64,000 bases of DNA from an uncultured Gammaproteobacteria bacterium (GCA_964561915.1 CAZLQR010000005.1:49263-113262), one strand, 5' to 3'. Numbered from the stretch's first letter, positions 9,803-19,378 are shown. Numbers and translations are program-made. The notes: generated from the letters alone by a model not told the origin.

Positions 9803-11092
9803 TTACATTTTCGAGGCCAGTCGATGGACTGCGACTTCGAATGCAGCCTGTTTGAGCGAAATATCCTTTTTCCGTGATGATGTCCAGATCGGTTCGAACG
9901 CCTTAGTCATCTGCTCCTTGAGTTTGTCATTCACCTGTTGTTCCGTCCATGTCTCCCGGTGCATATTTTGATACCATTCGAAGTACGATACGATCACACC
10001 TCCGCTGTTTGCGAGTACGTCCGGGAGGACAATGGCACCGTTTGAAGTGAGGAAATCATGTGCGGCTTTGGTTACGGGCCCATTGGCCATCTCGACGATG
10101 ATCTTCGCTTTGATATCTTCCATATTCTGCTCATGGATGACATTCTCAAGCGCTGCGACAACGAGGATGTCAACATCCATTTCCAGGAGCTGATCGTTGG
10201 ATATGACCCGACCCCCGTTGCGGTAGTCACATACGCCTCCAGCGCAGTAACAGCCTGATAACGATCCCTGTTTTTTCTTACAGTCCATGACAAGCGGGAT
10301 ATCCAATGGATTGTGATTATTATTGATGATGCCGCTCTTACTGTCTGATACTGCGAGAATTTTGAGCCCTTCCTGCGAGGCAATGTCGGCGAAGTGGTAG
10401 CCGACATTGCCGAATCCCTGCACCGCGACGGTCAGGTCGCGGGGTTTCTTGCCGAGTTTGGCAAGAAGAGCGAGAAGGGCGATTACGCCGCCACGTCCCG
10501 TGGCGGCGTCCCTCCCCAGACTGCCCCCTTTGCCGATCGGTTTGCCGGTGAATGCGGCTCTCCATGTCTCATCTGCTTTGCCTGATTTCCCTTTTTTGAT
10601 CGTGATATATTCGTCTGTCATCCAATCCATGACCTGTGCATTGGTGTTGACGTCCGGAGCAGGCGCGTCGGTATTCTCGCCAATGTGTTCGAATACCGCC
10701 CGGACATAGCCCCGGGACAGCTTCTCAAGCTCTGCCTTCGAGAGAGTTTTGGGGTCGACGATGACACCGCCCTTGCCTCCTCCGAGCGGGAGTCCCACAG
10801 CTGCACATTTGATCGACATCAGCGTAGCGAGTGCCTGTACTTCTTCATGAGACACGTGGGGGTGGAAGCGGATTCCGCCTTTATACGGTCCCAGTAGACT
10901 ATTGTGCTGTATGCGGAATCCGCGGAACAGATGCGTAATCCCGCTATCCATGACGACAGGAATATCGAATTCCCAGATATGTTCCGGTGCGACGAGCACA
11001 CGGATTTTCTTTTCGTCCAGCCCTATATCATAACCTGTCTCTACGATGAGCGACTGTGCGGTAGCAAGCATTTTGCGGCCTGATTGTGACAT
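9803..11092 (-). CDS. gdhA: Glutamate dehydrogenase (Glu/Leu/Phe/Val dehydrogenase family)
   Basis: GPYKGGIRFHP and LPLGGGKGG motifs, plus a Rossmann segment VAVQGFGNVG. Confidence 0.9.
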   Translation of the reverse strand: MSQSGRKMLATAQSLIVETGYDIGLDEKKIRVLVAPEHIWEFDIPVVMDSGITHLFRGFRIQHNSLLGPYKGGIRFHPHVSHEEVQALATLMSIKCAAVGLPLGGGKGGVIVDPKTLSKAELEKLSRGYVRAVFEHIGENTDAPAPDVNTNAQVMDWMTDEYITIKKGKSGKADETWRAAFTGKPIGKGGSLGRDAATGRGGVIALLALLAKLGKKPRDLTVAVQGFGNVGYHFADIASQEGLKILAVSDSKSGIINNNHNPLDIPLVMDCKKKQGSLSGCYCAGGVCDYRNGGRVISNDQLLEMDVDILVVAALENVIHEQNMEDIKAKIIVEMANGPVTKAAHDFLTSNGAIVLPDVLANSGGVIVSYFEWYQNMHRETWTEQQVNDKLKEQMTKAFEPIWTSSRKKDISLKQAAFEVAVHRLASKM

Positions 11093-11095
11093 ATG

Positions 11096-12121
11096 TTATT
11101 TTCCTTTGAATTCGAGATAGCGTTGAGCGTCCAGAGCGGCGGCGACACCCATACCCATCGCGGTCGCCGCCTGCCGGTATGCATAGTCTACACAGTCACC
11201 GGCCGCAAATACTCCGGCTACGGATGTGCCGGAAGCAAAATAGTGCCCCGCACTCCGCACCGATTCAAGCGTTTGACCGTCGGGAATCTTTTTGCCCCGG
11301 AGCATATCCTCGGCCATTCGCGCTGAAGATATGATATATCCTTTTTGGTCACGTTCAACGGCATCTTTAAATAAATCCGTATCGGGCTTGTGGCCTATTG
11401 CAACAAAGAGACCGCCCACTTCTAGCGTTTTTTCAGATGTGCCGCCTTTAGGATCGGTAGTTTTCACCCTTATGCCCTCTACTTTGTGTTCTCCGAGCAC
11501 TTCTTCCACGCCGGAGTTAAGAAGTATTTCGATTTTTTTGTTTTCCCTGGCACGCTGCTGCATTATGATCGATGCGCGGAAACCGGGTTTACGGTGTATC
11601 AAGTACACTTTTGAGGCAAAATTGGTGAGAGTCAACGCCTCTTCCATCGCAGTATCTCCGCCCCCGACCACCGCAACTACTTTATTCTTAAAAAAGAATC
11701 CGTCACATGTAGCACATGCGGATACGCCCTTGCCCCGCAAACGCTGCTCCGACGGAAGTTCGAGCCATAGTGCCTTGGAACCGGTCGCTATTATGACCGA
11801 TTTTGCTTTAATGGTTTTGTCCAGCAATGTGAGAGAAAAAGGAGCGTGGGAGAAGTCGACGCTTTGTACGTTTTCGTCAAGTATCCGCGTGCCGAATTCG
11901 AGCGTGTGTTCTCGCATATTTTTAATTAATTCGGGCCCGAGAATACTCTTGAATCCGAGATAATTTTCCACTTCGGTTGTAAGCATCAGCTGCCCTCCGG
12001 GAGGAGAGCCGGCCAACACAAGAGGTTTAAGATTGGCGCGGGCGGCATAGAGAGCGGCGGCCAATCCTGCCGGGCCGCCGCCTATTATCACCACATTTTC
12101 AACATTCTCTTTCCTGTTCAT
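11096..12121 (-). CDS. trxB: Thioredoxin-disulfide reductase
   Basis: GGGPAG FAD motif, redox-active CATCDG, second dinucleotide motif VVGGGDTA, C-terminal FAAGD. Confidence 0.9.
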   Translation of the reverse strand: MNRKENVENVVIIGGGPAGLAAALYAARANLKPLVLAGSPPGGQLMLTTEVENYLGFKSILGPELIKNMREHTLEFGTRILDENVQSVDFSHAPFSLTLLDKTIKAKSVIIATGSKALWLELPSEQRLRGKGVSACATCDGFFFKNKVVAVVGGGDTAMEEALTLTNFASKVYLIHRKPGFRASIIMQQRARENKKIEILLNSGVEEVLGEHKVEGIRVKTTDPKGGTSEKTLEVGGLFVAIGHKPDTDLFKDAVERDQKGYIISSARMAEDMLRGKKIPDGQTLESVRSAGHYFASGTSVAGVFAAGDCVDYAYRQAATAMGMGVAAALDAQRYLEFKGK

Positions 12122-12133
12122 AGGGACTCTATG

Positions 12134-12358
12134 TTACATGTTTATGACGCGTTCTACAATGCGTTCGATCTTCTTGGCATCTTTGGCGGGCATCCTGCTG
12201 CACATATCGGCCACTACGAGCTCTTTGGAGAGCCCGTCTATGGCCTTCTTGACGGCCGCGACCTGCTGGAGAATCTCCGCGCAGTCGCGGCCCGTCTCCA
12301 TCATCCGCTGCACACCATTCAACTGACCGATTATTCTATTCACTCTCTGGCTTGTCAT
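12134..12358 (-). CDS. CsoR/RcnR/CstR-family (DUF156) metal- or thiol-sensing repressor
   Basis: 74 aa with RIIGQLNGVQRMMETGRDCAEILQQVAAVKKAIDGL. Two Cys (RDC, DMC). No His at the position 4 residues before the second Cys. Confidence 0.8.
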   Translation of the reverse strand: MTSQRVNRIIGQLNGVQRMMETGRDCAEILQQVAAVKKAIDGLSKELVVADMCSRMPAKDAKKIERIVERVINM

Positions 12359-12373
12359 ATCAATTTATTTACT

Positions 12374-12421
12374 ATACCCCCTACTGGTATCCAGTATATG
12401 CCATTATTTCCCGCATGTCAA
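12374..12421 (-). promoter_or_regulatory. Promoter and candidate CsoR-type operator
   Basis: Minus strand: TTGACA (12421-12416), 17 nt, TATACT (12398-12393). Overlapping palindrome TACTGG-ATA-CCAGTA (12382-12396), plus ATACC-N7(G-rich)-GGTAT (12374-12390). Confidence 0.5.
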
Positions 12422-12799
12422 TGCACATAATTACGAAAGTTATCCACAAAATTCTTCATTTTATACACTTCTGTAGATCGTGAAGTCTAGTCGGACCAAA
12501 CGAAGGCTAATCCAGCAAAGATAATGGAGAAAAACTGATCTTACATTAGCTTTACTTCGGCTTTGCAGATTGTGTAGGAGGTATCGGGGGCTTATGCTTC
12601 CCCTCATGAATTCTCGTCAACACCTCCGTCGCAGCTGCGACAGTCCCCTTAGGCGGTGTTGCTCCTCTTGCTTCAATTAACATATACACTCCTTCTACTC
12701 CTCCCAACGGCCCAAAGCAGTAATTTCAGTCACACTAATGATATGACTGATATTTTTTGATGTCTAAAGCACTATTTTGAGGGGGTATTAAATTCGTAT

Positions 12800-14218
12800 T
12801 TATGCGACGTTGAGCGTTGCGAGGAAATCCTCGTTGCTCTTAGTTTTGGAGAGCTTGTCGATCATGACAGTGAGCCGCTCCTCGGGATTGAGGAGGCCAA
12901 GCATGCGGTGAAGCGTGGTGATTCTCTTGATTTTCGCCTCGTCGAAGAGAAGCTCCTCATGGCGTGTGCCCGACTTCTCGATGTCTATGGCCGGATAGAT
13001 ACGGCGTTCGGCAAACCGGCGGTCCAGATGCACTTCCATGTTGCCGGTGCCTTTGAACTCTTCGTAAATGAGGTTGTCCATACGGGATTCGGTGTCTATA
13101 AGTGTGGTGCCGATGATGGTGAGGCTGCCGCCCTCTTCACAATTGCGGGCGGCACCGAGGAATTTCTTGGCGGGGAAGAGAGCTGAAGGATCGATTCCCC
13201 CGCTCATGCTGCGGCCCGTGCCGGAGACCGACAGGTTGAAGGCACGGGCAAGCCTGGTGATCGAGTCCAAAAGGACTATCACATCTCTGCCCATCTCGAC
13301 AAGTCGTTTGGCACGTTCCAAAGCCAGATTCGCTACCTTGACCTGCTGTCGCGGCGATTCATCAAAATTAGACGCCGCGACCTCTCCCTTGATGAACCGC
13401 TTGATCTCCGTCACTTCTTCCGGACGCTCTCCGATGAGGATTGCCATCAGGTAGGCGTCGGGATGATTGACGGTGATCGCCTGTGCGATCTCTTTGAGGA
13501 ATGTTGTCTTGCCTGCCTTGGGCTGCGAAACGATCAAAGAACGCTGGCCGAACCCGATCGGGGAGACGAGGTCCATGATCCTCATCGAGAGGACATCGGG
13601 AGTCGTCTCGAGCTTGATCTGGCGGTTGGGGTGAAGAGACGTGAGCTTGTCGAATGACTTGCGTTCACGGCTCTGCTCTTCGTTCATCTCGACACCGTTC
13701 ACCTTCTTGATGAGGAGCAGACTATGGAAGCGTTCGCCCTCCTTAGGCGGCCGTGCCAGACCCTCTACGAGGTCGCCCCGGCGGAGCCAGAAGCGGCGAA
13801 TCTGAGACGTTGAAACATAAATATCCTCGTTGGGATTGATCGTGTAGTCCTGACGGAGGAAGCCGTACCCGCCGATCGTAACGTCGAGTACTCCGGTGGC
13901 GGTGTAACTCATCTTGAGATCCTCTTTGAGCCGATCCTCAAGGGAACGGCCTCCTTCCTGACGACCACCTTCCTGACGGCCTCCTTCTTCCCGCGCACCG
14001 CTATCATGCTGTGGAGGGCGGGACGGACCGGTGCTTCGACCATATCGGCGGGGCGCTGACGGATATCTTCGCGGCGCCCTGTCTCTATAGCCACGTTGCG
14101 GCGCCGGCTGCGCCGGCGCCTCCCCGCCCTCTATATCTATATTCGTATCGATCGGCTGAGCCTCGTACGACTCCAGAAGCTGAGACACGTCAAGATCGTC
14201 TGTTTTTTTATCTATCAT
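12800..14218 (-). CDS. rho: Transcription termination factor Rho with R/G-rich N-terminal insertion
   Basis: RNA-binding domain, Walker A SQPKAGKTT, conserved C-terminal ATPase core. N-terminus carries GGRQEGGRQEGGR repeats. Confidence 0.92.
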   Translation of the reverse strand: MIDKKTDDLDVSQLLESYEAQPIDTNIDIEGGEAPAQPAPQRGYRDRAPRRYPSAPRRYGRSTGPSRPPQHDSGAREEGGRQEGGRQEGGRSLEDRLKEDLKMSYTATGVLDVTIGGYGFLRQDYTINPNEDIYVSTSQIRRFWLRRGDLVEGLARPPKEGERFHSLLLIKKVNGVEMNEEQSRERKSFDKLTSLHPNRQIKLETTPDVLSMRIMDLVSPIGFGQRSLIVSQPKAGKTTFLKEIAQAITVNHPDAYLMAILIGERPEEVTEIKRFIKGEVAASNFDESPRQQVKVANLALERAKRLVEMGRDVIVLLDSITRLARAFNLSVSGTGRSMSGGIDPSALFPAKKFLGAARNCEEGGSLTIIGTTLIDTESRMDNLIYEEFKGTGNMEVHLDRRFAERRIYPAIDIEKSGTRHEELLFDEAKIKRITTLHRMLGLLNPEERLTVMIDKLSKTKSNEDFLATLNVA

Positions 14219-14473
14219 ACAAAGAAGCTGATATTAGGTCCATTCACTTGTTACTCCAGGCTGACAAAATTCGGATAAAGGTATAAAAAGATCCCCGCCG
14301 GACAGACTGGAAAAAAAACTTTTCCTCTGCAAATGTACGGGAGAGTACGGATCCGCGGTCGAAACCGTGAATCACGATGCTCCATTGCTCGTTTTCACGT
14401 GCTTACCCTTGATTTTGATAGCGTAAAGAAAAAGTTTTCAATTTGCTGTAACTGTCCAGGAGGATCGAAATCA

Positions 14474-14502
14474 AGTATACAATCGGCTTTTTTGTTTGTC
14501 AA
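14474..14502 (-). promoter_or_regulatory. Candidate rho promoter with long leader
   Basis: Minus strand: TTGACA (14502-14497), 17 nt, TATACT (14479-14474). This implies a leader of roughly 250 nt before the rho ATG. Confidence 0.5.
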
Positions 14503-14529
14503 CAAGACTTAGCTTATTGTCGCAACGGG

Positions 14530-15663
14530 CTAATATCCTGCGGCTGCTTTCTCTATTTCCTCCACAAGATGAGTATTGAAGGTATTGTTTCGTGATATGA
14601 CCTGCATTTCTGCCGTTCCAAAGGCCACGATCGGATAAAAAAGATTGTGTGTGCCAAATGACGCCTCAACTACACGATTACCCGTCTGGATAGTCAGAGC
14701 CTTGATATGCATCAGATCTTCCGGAAGTCGATGCACATTGAATGTATCCAGAGTGCGGGCCGCACGGTTCACAGCTTTATTGAGAGCGCGCATATGATGA
14801 GGTGAGTTCATATGGTGCATATCGGCCGTCGTATAGAAATCTATTCGCGAACCGTTCCGGGCATGACGTGCCAGCTTCCGGAGCATGTACGGATCGGGTG
14901 GGAATTGAGATGCAAAGATGATCCGGTCGGGATTCCTGTCCTCCAACATATCTATGCTCCGCTTGTAAATACTTGATTGGAGTGGTCTCCCTACATCGAC
15001 AATGAGATCCATATCGTCTCCGAAATCTATCACGAAGTCACGACTTCGCATCCTGATTCGAGAACCGTCCGGAGAGACGGAATGAGTAAGACCGGCTACA
15101 TCGAACAATTTCCTTACCTGATCCTTTTTGGTGAATTCTCCCGCAAGGTTCCGGTCGACAATAATACTCGCATCGTCGAGATTGTGCGTCGGCAGGTATC
15201 CCACACTTCCCCCTTCATGAAGCAGTACGCCATACCCCTTGATATGATTCCTGCCCACCGGAAAAGTGGGCGGTACGATAATCGGCGGTTTGAGTGTTGT
15301 GATATGAATATTTGGGTGTATCAGTTCATCTGAAATTATTTTCTCCTCCCGTCTACGCACCTCTTTATAAATACCGCTGTCACGACCGCTTACCGGGCGT
15401 TGTCTGCCGTCGTACGAAACCTGAATCGAGATAGCGTCTCGTGTGAGATGAACGACAGCACCGCGCTCGGCAGCCTCCCGCCAGGCCGGCACCAACGGAG
15501 CCATTGACACCGATCCGAAGTGAAAAATCATAGCCTGTGCCCACACGATATCGCCTTCGCCGGCACTATCCACTGCCTTTCTATATTGCTCGAGAGCGAC
15601 GGCTGGAGTAACAATACGCGAGTCCCTGTCCGGCACTACCAGACTTTCCCTGGCTTCTGTCAT
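14530..15663 (-). CDS. Phospholipase D superfamily-like protein (two degenerate HxK lobes)
   Basis: Two copies of HIK...(G/P)THNL (NHIKGYGVLLHEGGSVGYLPTHNL and MHIKALTIQTGNRVVEASFGTHNL). No signal peptide or TM helix. Confidence 0.45.
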   Translation of the reverse strand: MTEARESLVVPDRDSRIVTPAVALEQYRKAVDSAGEGDIVWAQAMIFHFGSVSMAPLVPAWREAAERGAVVHLTRDAISIQVSYDGRQRPVSGRDSGIYKEVRRREEKIISDELIHPNIHITTLKPPIIVPPTFPVGRNHIKGYGVLLHEGGSVGYLPTHNLDDASIIVDRNLAGEFTKKDQVRKLFDVAGLTHSVSPDGSRIRMRSRDFVIDFGDDMDLIVDVGRPLQSSIYKRSIDMLEDRNPDRIIFASQFPPDPYMLRKLARHARNGSRIDFYTTADMHHMNSPHHMRALNKAVNRAARTLDTFNVHRLPEDLMHIKALTIQTGNRVVEASFGTHNLFYPIVAFGTAEMQVISRNNTFNTHLVEEIEKAAAGY

Positions 15664-15691
15664 AATCGGATATTATAATAGACTATTCATT

Positions 15692-16162
15692 ATGGGCAAC
15701 CGGAGCAAACCGTTTTTTTTCATCGCCACGCTTATCGTGGTACTGATGTTTCTTGTGGGATTCCGGTCGGGACAGCAGGTGGAGAAGAGGAACAAGGAGA
15801 TTGATTTCATCATCAGTCTTACACCTCCCGCAACGGCTACGCCGACGGTGACTCCGACTATGCCGCCGCTTACCTTCAAGACATATTTGCATAAAGGATG
15901 CGGCTCCCAGTTCCTCATCCCCAACACACTCACAAAAACGGAAGAGACGAGTAATTCCGCCCGTTTCGAAGAATACGACGAAGTCAAACTGGCGCTTTCG
16001 TGTGCGAAGGCCAATCCCTTCACGAAAGCGCTCCAGGAACACAAAGAAGCAACGGGCGTCGCCCGGTTGAGTCCCTCAACCGGCCGTCGCACGTACTTTT
16101 ACGTTGCGAATGAATTATTAGAATTGATTGAAGCTTCATCAAAGTTTGTCAATGCTCCATAA
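15692..16162 (+). CDS. Small membrane-anchored/secreted hypothetical protein
   Basis: N-terminal TM helix/signal anchor (FFFIATLIVVLMFLVGF), then a Pro/Thr linker. Confidence 0.5.
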   Translation: MGNRSKPFFFIATLIVVLMFLVGFRSGQQVEKRNKEIDFIISLTPPATATPTVTPTMPPLTFKTYLHKGCGSQFLIPNTLTKTEETSNSARFEEYDEVKLALSCAKANPFTKALQEHKEATGVARLSPSTGRRTYFYVANELLELIEASSKFVNAP

Positions 16163-16210
16163 ATTATATTCATGCACGATCACCATTCTACGAAGCCCTT
16201 GATTTCCATT

Positions 16211-17386
16211 TCAGGAGGTTGTTTTCACTCGTGACTTAAATTCTTTGATTATTCCCGAAGTGAATATATCTGAAAAAAAGGGATTTTTGAATAGCGTATC
16301 AAGGTCATTAAAAGTATAGACGCTATGAGCACCCGTTTCATCAGTATATGTTATCGCTGAATATTCTTTTGCCGATTCGGGTCCCCTTGTTGCGCCCGGT
16401 TTACCGTACTCAACTTTCCACTTTTTAACTGGGACTTTCGTCGTTAATGGTTTATCTTTCTCTATAACGGGTGTAACTCCATCAAGTTCTAATACTTTTG
16501 CCTGCATGAGAACTTCACTGGGCTTAATCTTAATGTTTGGATGAATAGACACACCATAAGTGATCCTTTTACCACCCTTGATCACATTCCAAGTTACTCT
16601 CAACGAATGAGAAGTTTTCGCTAGCACATGAAGGGCTTCTTCTTCTGTTTCTCCATATTGATTAAAAGAATCGTTAAGTGGGCCATGCACATATTCATGA
16701 GTCCCGATGACGCCAACTTTATGACCGTTTAACAGCCTATAAAGCTCTGATCTATCAGCAGCGAGTTTATCTCTTATTTCCTTAGCATCTTCCCCGCGAT
16801 ATTCTGCTGGGAGATCGAAAGTTGGGTGTGCTCCAATATATCCCTTGAAAATAAGTGGAATATATGCAAATAAGGGAAAATCAAATCCCAGTCGTTTCAT
16901 TGCTCTGGACATTTCGTCTGAATCGTGGTTCCACTCCGCAACTAGTTGACTAATTTCCTTCCTTTTAACAAGATCTATATTGGGTATTATTTGAGTTGCT
17001 TCAATTGTCATCATTTTGCCATTAACAAAACGTTTGAAAGACGCAATGCGAAAACCAAATTTCTGTCGGGAAAGATCAATTCCGGATTTTTCATGATGTG
17101 CTCCGTAAGTGCCAGACAATAAGGTATCTAGCAATATATGAGAAGCTTCAGAGATAGCAAAAGGATTATGTGGATCAAAATTGGGTCGCATATCCCGATT
17201 GGCAATTCCACGCTCGATACTATTACCAATGACAAGATGCTCAATGGGAGGTGGGTAAGGACCAGTAGTATAATCGGTATGGGGAGCAGGACTCAATATC
17301 CGTTTACTGACGCGTTCGTCGGATGGAAGTAGTCCTTCTCCCACCCCCGGAGGAATATCTATTGCTTCAGGTGCTTCGACTAACAT
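16211..17386 (-). CDS. Hypothetical protein with single HExxH motif
   Basis: 391-aa uninterrupted ORF, visibly AT-richer than its neighbours. Only recognisable motif is GTHEYVHG. No TM helix or signal peptide. Confidence 0.4.
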   Translation of the reverse strand: MLVEAPEAIDIPPGVGEGLLPSDERVSKRILSPAPHTDYTTGPYPPPIEHLVIGNSIERGIANRDMRPNFDPHNPFAISEASHILLDTLLSGTYGAHHEKSGIDLSRQKFGFRIASFKRFVNGKMMTIEATQIIPNIDLVKRKEISQLVAEWNHDSDEMSRAMKRLGFDFPLFAYIPLIFKGYIGAHPTFDLPAEYRGEDAKEIRDKLAADRSELYRLLNGHKVGVIGTHEYVHGPLNDSFNQYGETEEEALHVLAKTSHSLRVTWNVIKGGKRITYGVSIHPNIKIKPSEVLMQAKVLELDGVTPVIEKDKPLTTKVPVKKWKVEYGKPGATRGPESAKEYSAITYTDETGAHSVYTFNDLDTLFKNPFFSDIFTSGIIKEFKSRVKTTS

Positions 17387-17463
17387 GGCTCATTGTAACA
17401 AAAATGAACAAACTTAAATTGTGATCTTTATCACTTTTTGTCTTATAGTATGTTTTTTTGAGG

Positions 17464-17961
17464 CTATTCTCTCTCCAATGTGACATATTCATATGTAATT
17501 TCGCCGAATTTTATCTGCGGGCTTTTTTCTACGACTCTTGTGAATTCGTGGTAGTCGGGGAAAAAAGCGTCGGCGGGCGGCTCGTCATGCACAACCGTCA
17601 GGTAGAGCCGCCGTGTGTAGGGGAGCGTCAGTGTATAGATCTGCGCTCCCCCGAAGATGAAAATTTCATCGTTTCCCTCGCAGTTTTTCGCCTTCCCGAT
17701 CGCGTCTTCGACGGAGGAGGCAAAGACAAATCCGTTGACCGATAGTGCGGGATTGCGCGTAATGACAATATTTGTACGACCAGGCAGAGGTTTGGCGCCG
17801 ATATGCTCCATAGTCTTGCGCCCCATGATGATTGGGTGCCCCATCGTTAATTCCCGCACGCGTTTGAGATCGCCCGGTATCCGCCACAGCAATTCATTGT
17901 CTTTTCCCATTGCCCGCTTCATAGAAGACACAGCTGCAATTGCATTAATTCTGCTATTCAT
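17464..17961 (-). CDS. folA: Dihydrofolate reductase
   Basis: IAAV...GKDNELLWRIPGDLKRVRELTMGHPIIMGRKT and IFIFGGAQIY motifs. Confidence 0.9.
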   Translation of the reverse strand: MNSRINAIAAVSSMKRAMGKDNELLWRIPGDLKRVRELTMGHPIIMGRKTMEHIGAKPLPGRTNIVITRNPALSVNGFVFASSVEDAIGKAKNCEGNDEIFIFGGAQIYTLTLPYTRRLYLTVVHDEPPADAFFPDYHEFTRVVEKSPQIKFGEITYEYVTLERE

Positions 17962-18380
17962 TTTGTTTGTTTCAAAACATCTAATACTGCTTTTTCTACA
18001 TTTGGCAAGAGATTGTACTGGGAGAGTCTATCAATCGCGATCCATTCAGGTGTCGTTTCTACTGATCCTTTTAGCGTTCCGACAAATATCGTCGCATAAA
18101 AAATTCGCATTGTGTATCGTTTCATTTCACCCGACTTTCGAGCAATATCTGCAGTGTACCTATTACCTTCGAATTCACGTAAAACAGCGATTTTGACTGT
18201 TAATCTGGTTTCTTCTTTGAGCTCTCTAACAACTGTCTGCTGCATTTCTTCGCCTTCTGAAGGCTTACCACCGGGCAAACCGTACACACCTGTTAGATGA
18301 CCGGCTGCTACGCCATGTTTAACCAGTAATACTGTGCCATTCGTTATGAGGACGATTTGGGTAGTTTGAATAGGATTCAT
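17958..18380 (-). CDS. NUDIX hydrolase
   Basis: Nudix box GGKPSEGEEMQQTVVRELKEETRL. 4-nt overlaps with both thyA and folA. Confidence 0.85.
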   Translation of the reverse strand: MNPIQTTQIVLITNGTVLLVKHGVAAGHLTGVYGLPGGKPSEGEEMQQTVVRELKEETRLTVKIAVLREFEGNRYTADIARKSGEMKRYTMRIFYATIFVGTLKGSVETTPEWIAIDRLSQYNLLPNVEKAVLDVLKQTK

Positions 18381-19378
18381 TTCTTTTTGGCTGGCTTCTT
18401 TTTTTCATAATATCCGCCCGCCACGGTTAATTCTGCCTTGATTGGTGGATGTGCTTCATAATTTTCAAGATTGACATGCTCCGGACGGAAGTCCTCTATC
18501 TCCTTCACCGAGGGATCGATCGTGAGCGTGGGGAAGGGCAGCGGCTTCCGTCTGATTTGTTCTTTGACCTGATCGATATGATTCTCATAGATGTGCACAT
18601 CACCGAATGTATGAACGAAATCTCCCACTTCGCGTCCGAGAATCCGTGCGATCACATGGGTAAGAAGCGCGTAAGACGCAATGTTGAAGGGGACACCGAG
18701 GAAGCTATCGGCACTTCGCTGATAGAGCTGGAGGCAAACTCTGCCTTTGATGATATTGACCTGATACATGTTGTGGCAGATAGGGAAGCGGCTCGCATCA
18801 CCTTTGGTCGCCATCGTATAGAGATATTCGGGATTCCACGAGTTCACGATGGCGTTGTGGGCGTTGGGGTCATCCCTAAGCTCCTGAATCACCCAGGCGA
18901 GCTGATCGACCGTCCTCCCCTTGCGCCGGGTCGGCCACCTCCTCCACAGCTCTCCGTAAATTTTGGGGAGTCTCCCCCACCGGTCAGCAAATTTTTTTTC
19001 GGTGGAAATTCTGGAAATAAATTCTTCTTTTGATAATAATTGTGATTTTTTCCCGTTTTTTTTGGAATTTTTTTCCAGATAGATTTTGTACGGATAATCG
19101 TCCCAAATATGCACATTTTGGTCCACTAAGTACTTAATATTGTTGTTGCCGGAGAAAAACCAATAGAGTTCGTGCAAGACTCCTTTCCAATATACTTTTT
19201 TTGTGGTCAGCAGGGGAAAGCCTTGTGACAGGTCAAATCGCATCTGCCGGCCGAATATACTGTATGACGCGACACCCGTACCACGGTCCACTTTGCGGTC
19301 CCCCACTGCCAAAATTTCGCGGAGGAGACCTAAATATTGTTCCTCCGGATGAATTTTCGAAGATTTCACGGATTTCAC
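18377..19378 (-). CDS. thyA: Thymidylate synthase (ThyA type) with insertion and Lys-rich tail
   Basis: GFPLLTTKKVYWKGVLHELYWFFSG, RSADSFLGVPFNIASYALL and DVHIYENH motifs. Confidence 0.9.
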   Translation of the reverse strand: MKSVKSSKIHPEEQYLGLLREILAVGDRKVDRGTGVASYSIFGRQMRFDLSQGFPLLTTKKVYWKGVLHELYWFFSGNNNIKYLVDQNVHIWDDYPYKIYLEKNSKKNGKKSQLLSKEEFISRISTEKKFADRWGRLPKIYGELWRRWPTRRKGRTVDQLAWVIQELRDDPNAHNAIVNSWNPEYLYTMATKGDASRFPICHNMYQVNIIKGRVCLQLYQRSADSFLGVPFNIASYALLTHVIARILGREVGDFVHTFGDVHIYENHIDQVKEQIRRKPLPFPTLTIDPSVKEIEDFRPEHVNLENYEAHPPIKAELTVAGGYYEKKKPAKKK

